Shown here piece after piece: positions 55,986 to 64,000 of a DNA stretch of 64,000 nucleotides. Under the pieces are notes generated by a model. That model saw only the letters and a program-made list of their open reading frames with translations. It was not told the origin of the DNA and ran no database searches. This DNA comes from Camelus dromedarius (Eukaryota): the NCBI RefSeq assembly GCF_036321535.1, contig NC_087455.1, positions 248,001 through 312,000 on the forward strand. The letters run 5' to 3'. The stretch's first letter is position 1; every line of letters starts with the position of its first letter. Position numbers and translations under genes: made by a program.

Positions 55986-56155
55986 CAGTCACAGGATGAA
56001 ACTAGGTCTCTGCAGCCAGGTGCCTCCCAGGTGTAGCTTCTGCTCCTGGTCCATCTAAGGGAGGAGGCTAGCGTTCTGGCTGGGGGCACATATCAGGGTC
56101 TGAAGAGCAGGGGCCCTGAGGCAGCAGGACCTTCACCTCCCTGAGACCCAGCCCT

Positions 56156-60752
<4,597 letters not shown>

Positions 60753-62882
60753 TCAATGCCTTCTGCCCCTGGCAAGGCTGGGTCAGGAGGCGTCACACCG
60801 TGACCTGGCCCAGGCAGTCGTGAGGGGCACAGGCCCCAGGCACCTTGGCTGCTCACTGGGCAGAGCCTCCCTCCCTCTAGGGGTCAGGGTGCACAGCCTG
60901 TGGGAAACAACCCAGGACCTGGCCAGCGTCAGTCCAGGGTCTGAAGCTAATTGCCCAGATAACAGAGCTGCAGCCCCTGGCACCTCGCCATGGGGGAAGG
61001 GAGGGCAGGGCAATGGGCAGAGGCTCCTGGGAGTCCTAAGAGCCCCTCACCTTGCAGGCCTTAGGAGGCTGGGTGGGGCCTGGGAGCAGCCATGGATGGC
61101 CCCCCCCCATCTGCTGGGGGTCAGGGCTAACGAGGAGGTGTGGCAGAAGGGCAGGCTCAGCGGCCGGAGAGGCCTGGGCCGTGTGTGTCCAGAGTCCTGG
61201 GGTCCCGGTCCCCAGTACCCTGGGGTGAGGCTTCCCTAAGCGGCCAGGGCACTGCCAGTATGGAGGGCCTGGCAACTGTGTCTCCAGGAGGGCCTCCCCT
61301 TCGGAGAAGCCAGGCGACCAAGCTGCTGACAGCAGGTGCTCCCACGGCCCTGAGGGGAAACAAGGCAGCACATCAAGGCTGGCTCCCAGGGGGGTCGGGC
61401 GAGGCTCCCAGCAGGCCCTGCCCTGTGTGAGGCATCCCGCCCGCAGCCAGCACTGCTGGACCAGTCTCCGGCAGAAGGGAGGGGCTTGCCCTGCCCCTGT
61501 TCTGGCTCACACACTCAGCGGTTCCAGAAAGGGATCTGCTGGCTGTGCAGCTGAAAAGGGAGCAGGGAGGACTTCCCCTCCTTGTCCCCAGGCTGGGCTG
61601 GGATGCCCAGTCACCTTCTCCTTGGGCTCTCCCAGAACTGCCCTTCCTCCCCGGCCTCTTGGACCTCAGGCCTCCTTGCTTCTCGGCAGCTGAGGGTGCA
61701 GGGCACAGCCAGTCCCAACCAGCACCCCAGCTCCTCGCCACCCAGAGTCCAGAAGGAAGTCCTTGCCAGGCTTTCCAGCTCAGGCCAGTCAATGCCTCAG
61801 CCATCCTGGGCTGCAATAAAAGCCCTGGTCCTTTGAACACAGGCATAAGGGGGCTGCCTGACTTGGAATCTCTCGAACAAGCAGGCAGAGGGGCTGGCAT
61901 GGCCCAGCCTGCCCAGCATCCCTGGTGTGTGGTCACTCGGCACGGTTGTGGGACACTCCTCAGGAGGTCATGGCCCTGCTCCACCTAGAAAGAACCCACC
62001 CACAGCTCAGCTTGCCCACCAGGAGTCCACACTCTCATGTGGCCAGACCCTGTGGCCATCTAGATAGTGATGCAGCCTTCCTCTGGCCAGACTTGTACTC
62101 AAGGATCTCAGTTATCCCTGGAAGGGGACTGTCCTGGGCCAGATCAAATCAGGTCAGGTCCCTGCTGCTCCAAGACCCTAGCATACCTGGGGACTTGCTT
62201 TACAGGTCCGACCTGCCCTGGACTTTGCCTGTGCTCCAGCTATCCCCTCTGGGAGCCTGACCTCAGAGGCTCCCTGGGGACAGGACAGAGGACCAGCAAA
62301 GCCCAGGAAAGAGCTTTCCAGGCAGCATTCTGCTCTGGGCAGCCTGCCCCCAGCTGGCCACCTGTGCAGATAGCTGGGGCCAGAGCAGTCATGAGCTGTC
62401 CAGACCTCCAGCCCGGATTCCCCAAGTCCTGCCCTTGCCTCGGAGACACAACTTCCCCATTGAGACAGGCAGGAGGCCAGTGCAGGCACCCTGCCAATTC
62501 CCCATCTATGAGGATGGGGGTAGGTCCCAGACCACACCCAGGGCACACAGAGCCTTCACGCTCTTCCCTGCTGGCCACTTACGGCTCCCTCGCATTCCCC
62601 CTGAGGGAGCTGGCATCCCCTCCAGCCTGCACGTGGGGGCCTTCATCTCTCTGGAGTAAGGCTCTGGAGCTGCCTGAATGGTCCACCCCAAAAGACCACA
62701 AGGAAGGAGCAAGGCACACAGCGTTCTGCTCAGCGACACCCCTCCCTGTCTCCAGCCATGGGAGGGGAAGGGGACCCAGAGAGAACACCCTCCTACCCTG
62801 TCCAAGAGGGAGGAAGCCCCCCGCTGCCAGGCTAAGGCTGCCAAGCAGAGTGGGCTCACAGGGTCTCAGGGACCAGTTTTAC

Positions 62883-63016
62883 TTCTCCGAGACAGACGCC
62901 AACATCAGAGCCACAGTCTGATTTTGTTGTGTTTAAGAAGCTTTAGGAAACATCCTCCCTCTCGACATTTTATGGAAGAAAAGAGATCCTGATGCCCAAG
63001 TCCTATAGAAAACAAC
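62883..63016 (-). other. Possible PPP1R16A non-coding 5' UTR exon
   Basis: AT-rich island in GC-rich DNA, bounded by minus acceptor TTATTCTAG| (63017/63016) and donor GAA|GTAAAA (62883/62882). Confidence 0.3.
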
Positions 63017-64000
63017 CTAGAATAACCAGCTTTTCAAATTGAATAGATGTTGTGTTGTGGTTTTCTCATTTTGAAGAACATCCATGAAAAGTCACCCTGG
63101 GGCACCCTCTGGACAGCCTCAATCCACCCCGCGCCGGCCTGAGTCCACGGGCACAGGCTCCAGCTACAGAGCTGCTCCCTGCGGCCTCCAATGCCCTGGC
63201 AGCACAGACAGCAGACCCTGCTGGGCTACAGCAGCTCAGACGGGGCCTCAGCCCCCTACCCTGGGTTCCACCTTCCTGAAGCCCTGGGTTCTCTCTGGGC
63301 CCCCTCAGCGGCATTCCCTGCTGGAAGTTGCCTGAGGGCGGTCTCTGTGTGACCTTGGGCAGGTCCTTGGGCCACTGGACTGCCTCCTCCGAGAGACAGG
63401 TGACCCCAGGGAGTCCCAGGACCCCACTCAGTGGGCATCCCATCCCGGGACAGTCTCCACAAGTGGCACCTGGCACCCCCCAGGCCAAGCCATCAGCTCT
63501 CAAGCCCCAGACCCCCAGACTCTGCCCGCTGCCCCTCCCCGAGCCCCACTCAGCCGCTTCCTCCCAGCCATGCGGTCAGGCAACGCCCCCCAGAGCTGGG
63601 CGACTCACCCCTCAGCTGAGACACAAAGGCCAGGGCAGCTCAGCGGAGTCCCAGCAAATGACCACCGCATCACCCCCAGGCCCAGGGGGCTGAGCCAAGC
63701 GGCTGCCGCCTCCGTCTGCAGGGGCTGCCCCAAGCCTCCCTGGAATGTCAGACTGAGATAATCCGGGCGATTTTTCCAGTTCTCAGCTCCACTCCACGTG
63801 GTAGTGCAAGCCTGAGGTGGGAGGAGGCTTCTTGAAGGACCGCGGCCACCACCCCACATCCTCTCAGCCCACACCACCAAGCCAGCCCCAAAGACTGTGC
63901 TGGGAATACCACCCGACACCTGGCTGATGGGACCCCTAGGTGGCCAGACCCGGACTGGCCAGGGTATCTCGGCAGCCCCTCCTCCACAGGTCCCAGTCAC

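Overview
GC-rich mammalian genomic DNA, most likely from a camelid because it carries a Vic-1-like tRNA-derived SINE. It is syntenic with human 8q24.3 and shown in reverse orientation. Eight intron-containing genes can be rebuilt exon by exon from GT-AG junctions and reading phase: the 3' part of ARHGAP39 (+), C8orf82 (+), LRRC24 (+), LRRC14 (-), RECQL4 (+), MFSD3 (-), GPT (-) and the coding part of PPP1R16A (-). ARHGAP39 introns hold old LINE-1 fragments, and there are four N gaps. I see no new gene family or novel system. The notable observations are fine-scale: a tandem array that amplifies an ARHGAP39 3' splice site; an RECQL4 intron that is coding sequence in human; substitutions at conserved RECQL4 residues (W14L, first zinc-knuckle Cys to Tyr); an in-frame 6-residue deletion in MFSD3; and interlocked C8orf82/LRRC24/LRRC14 transcription units. 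All orthologue comparisons use sequences recalled from memory and need alignment to confirm.
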